The position numbers and the translations under genes are program-made. The notes below the pieces were generated by a model, which made no database searches, was not told where the DNA came from, and worked only from the letters and a program-made list of their open reading frames with translations. This document shows positions 60,961-64,000 of a DNA stretch of 64,000 nt, one piece after another (within the stretch, counting starts at the first letter, position 1; every line of letters starts with the position of its first letter). Source of the stretch: Monocercomonoides exilis PA203. Lineage: Eukaryota; Protista; Preaxostyla. The stretch spans positions 620,001-684,000 of the forward strand of contig LSRY02000033.1 of the NCBI GenBank assembly GCA_001643675.2. Direction: 5' to 3'.

Positions 60961-61380
60961 GATAGATTTTTTTCTAATCTCCTTGTAATTTCCTCAATTA
61001 TTTCTTCTTCTAATTTTGAATATTTTCCATATCATATAAAATTTCTTGAGGTTTCATCTTCTTTTCAACAGGAGTACATATCATCGCTTATCTTTCATCG
61101 AGCCCAAAATCAGCCCAGATGAAAATATTTCTTCTTCATTTCTTCTAATTTCTCCTTTTCATTAAATGAAAACAAAACTCGTTGCCTTAGGGAATCATCT
61201 ATTTCTTCTCTTCAAAATGCATTTCTTTATTCATATCTGGCAATATTCTTCAGATTAAAATTTCCTTAACTTTTCCATTTCAACATGCTTGTGCCTGATT
61301 TGAGCTAGAATCTCATATAATTTCCCTTCAAATATGAATTCTCTACGAATATGTCTCTTTCTTCATTTCGTCTTTCTCAG
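60961..61380 (-). mobile_element. Possible CENP-B/Tc5 HTH fragment of a pogo-type transposase
   Basis: Minus strand reads LRQRVLFSFNEKEKLEEMKK and GKYSKLEEEIIEEITRRLEKNLS, resembling pogo HTH motifs; directly abuts the truncated pseudogene. Confidence 0.4.
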
Positions 61381-62559
61381 ATCGTTGAAAGTGCATCGCA
61401 TTGTGAAATCTGTCGAAGGCTATTTTTGAAACTCATCCATTTCATTGATGTTTTTTTTTTTTTTTTGTTGTTGTTGATATTCTGTGAAAGAAAAATTATT
61501 TCTTTCGTGTTTCTAAATTGATGCTGAAGGCGAAGCATGATGTCGGATCTGAGGGTTGTTGAACGAATTGGAAAAAACAACATTATTTATGTTGTTCGTT
61601 GAAGAAGGCGTAGCAGATGTTGAACATATGAGCGTTATGAAATGAATTTGAACAGATGACTTTTTTTCATCACAAGAATCTGAATGAAAATATTATCATT
61701 AAAAAATTGATGGACACAGAAGAAGAAATGAGAATGAAATAATTGTTTTCTCACATGATGCCTCTGTGACTGAAATGCATAAATGTTTCCGAATGATGAA
61801 ACTCTGGCTCAATGCGAAGCGAGAGAAAGCAGCAAAAATGTTAAAGATAACGAATAAGAAAAAGAAGACGAAGAAGACGAAGAAGACGAGATGAGTGAGT
61901 GATGCACAATCAGCCAAATAACATTCCAGAGTGAATGACAAGGTTCCACATGATGTTACCGATGATGCAATATCGTATAAAACAAGTTAACTTCACAAGG
62001 AAACAATAATCCAAATTGCAGAATTTCTGGTTGACGTTCTATTATCAATAAATGAAGTGGAAATCTCGATATCAATTCACTATCTTTCTGTGACTTCCCA
62101 GTCTTTTCTTTCAGAAATTGAAAATGAAAATATTTTTCAATTTCATTTATTTTCGATTTCCCTCTTCCATTCAGCTCACAAAATCATCAGAAAATATCAA
62201 TCCCCTCCTTTTCTTCATCTTTCCCTGTCTCTTCCAAAATATCTTCTCCTCTCATAAAAGATACCCCTCTTCTGATATAACATTTCACAATTTCCCTCTT
62301 CTGTCCCGCTTTTGCCCTCTTTTCCTTTTTTTCAAATTCCATATCTCCAATCAACAATAATCACATTCTTCATCATCTCCAACCACTTCTCTACATATTT
62401 ACTGTATTATCTTCTCCAAATCTCCACTTGCTCTTCCCCATTCCTCTGTCTCCATATTTCAATCAATCAAAAACCCCTCTCGAAATATTAACATTCCAAA
62501 AAAACACTCAACTTTCACCCCCTGCCACAAAAAATATTCTTCCATCTCTTCTCTACCCC

Positions 62560-63150
62560 ATATCCCTCCTGTGCCATGTGTTGATGAGATAGACATCAAA
62601 CATTGCTTTGGATGGTTGAGAATATTATTAAAGGAGATGATCATGACAAAAACAGAAAAAACCCCTTTGGACATCCACCACAATGTGTACGGGCTGAGAA
62701 GGCCCTCCAGTGAGATACACGATGTATTTTGTGGAGAAGGATGCAATGTTGTATCAATTATTCTGATGCTGAAATGATGAGATTGATTGATTTTTTGAAT
62801 GATGATGGCTGTGGAAATGAGGCTGTTTGGCAAAAAACAGTCGAAGGGCAGTTTGGTATTATTTTATTTTTTTATATATGAATATTAACCTATTGACTGT
62901 TTTTGTGTTTCTTTCAGGGCAGCAGGCACAAATTAATGAAAATGAATGAAAGCAGGATTTCTCGTTGTGCAGGATGACCATCGAGTTGGGAAAGCGAATC
63001 CATATGGAAAGTGCCCAGGATGAAGGGATTGGGAAGGAAATTGGAGATGATATTTTCTGACGAAAAACTAGCTGTTTTGTTGGATGATGAGGGTGGAATT
63101 GAATAAACATAAATTTCACATTTTTCAGAAGAGCATAAAATCGATGCATT
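62560..63150 (+). pseudogene. Highly decayed relic of the same Harbinger/ISL2EU transposase family
   Basis: CVDEIDIK ~ LVDATTVK; DIHHNVYGLR ~ DGHHNVY*MK; EIHDVF ~ GIHDVF; RIHME..RMKGL ~ RISVEWFFGRMKRL, in the same order. Confidence 0.55.
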
Positions 63151-64000
63151 TGATGGAGAAATGACTTCTGAAAAGGATGGTTGGGGAATTAGATGATGAA
63201 ACGCTTGAAAATGGAAGGAATAATGAATTTTTATTGGAGGGAAACAGTTGCCAATTCAATATAAAACAGAAAATTGCTTATAAAAATGTTTAGAAGGTTT
63301 GGTGTTGTTATTTTTTTGAAGTGATCATTATTTTTCATTTATACTGTTGAAAGAGCGAGGGATTAATGGCTTTGAAGAAGAAGAAGAAAAGCAGGGAATA
63401 AAAAATAAAGACAGATAGATGAAATTCAAGATATTTCGAAGAAGCCTTGCGTTGGACTTTGACAAAGAATTATTTTTGAAGAAAGAAGATTTTTTGGTAA
63501 TAAGGGAAGCGAAAAAGGAAGAGAAGGAATGAAAAAGAGAATGACGCGGGCTTTGTATTTTTTGTTGGAAAGAGAGAAAGAGATTGAGCTGAAAGTGAAA
63601 AGGATTCAAAGGTTTCTCCTCTACATAAGAAAAAGGGATAGAAGAAGAAGTTTCAATAAATTTCTCCGTTGATATTAATTGACGCTCATCTTCTCAATTT
63701 TTAACCTTCAATCATCTCATTCAATTCATTTATCATTATCATCTTCTTTCTCTTCTTCAAATATATCAACAACATTTCACGCAGCAGCTTCTTCTTCCAC
63801 TTCTTCCACATCATCTGATTGAATTGTTTTATATTCTGCATCTGTGCGAGAGAAAAAGATAGATATAATGAAGAGACGAAGAAATCGATAGCCGAAGAAA
63901 AGAAGCATATAAGTGTGAAATACAAATATTGGAAATGAAAGAATTCAAAGAAAATTTAAAAGTGAATGATGTGAAAGAGAAAGAAAATTTAAAACATGAG

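Noticed and set aside
61380-64000. Additional genes near the right edge
   Set aside because: Apart from the transposase relic, only stop-riddled fragments that I cannot assign. No rRNA or tRNA was recognised anywhere in the window.

Overview
AT-rich eukaryotic protist DNA with short GT-AG introns, the standard genetic code and many Ser-rich low-complexity inserts. The gene families resemble those of oxymonads such as Monocercomonoides, but this is an inference. Host genes: MON2-like (runs off the left edge), SEC13/SEH1-like WD40, mevalonate kinase, a coiled-coil protein and an LRRC71-like LRR protein. The main structure is a ~20.4 kb palindrome (arms ~4252-14314 and 14631-24696, 316-bp spacer). 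It duplicates an eEF-2 with an atypical diphthamide loop, a 3-exon hypothetical gene and a dead Harbinger/ISL2EU-type transposase, and its inner junctions fall in the terminal repeats of a ~260-bp MITE family. Two intronless 8-9 kb genes, plus a truncated third copy, encode signal peptide + Pmp-like beta-helix/Cys modules + one TM helix + a nearly identical cytoplasmic tail holding only the C-lobe of a pseudokinase; their base composition is mosaic. A 1-kb perfect foldback element flanked by TA sits at the 3' end of a pogo transposase relic, and further TE relics lie near the right end.
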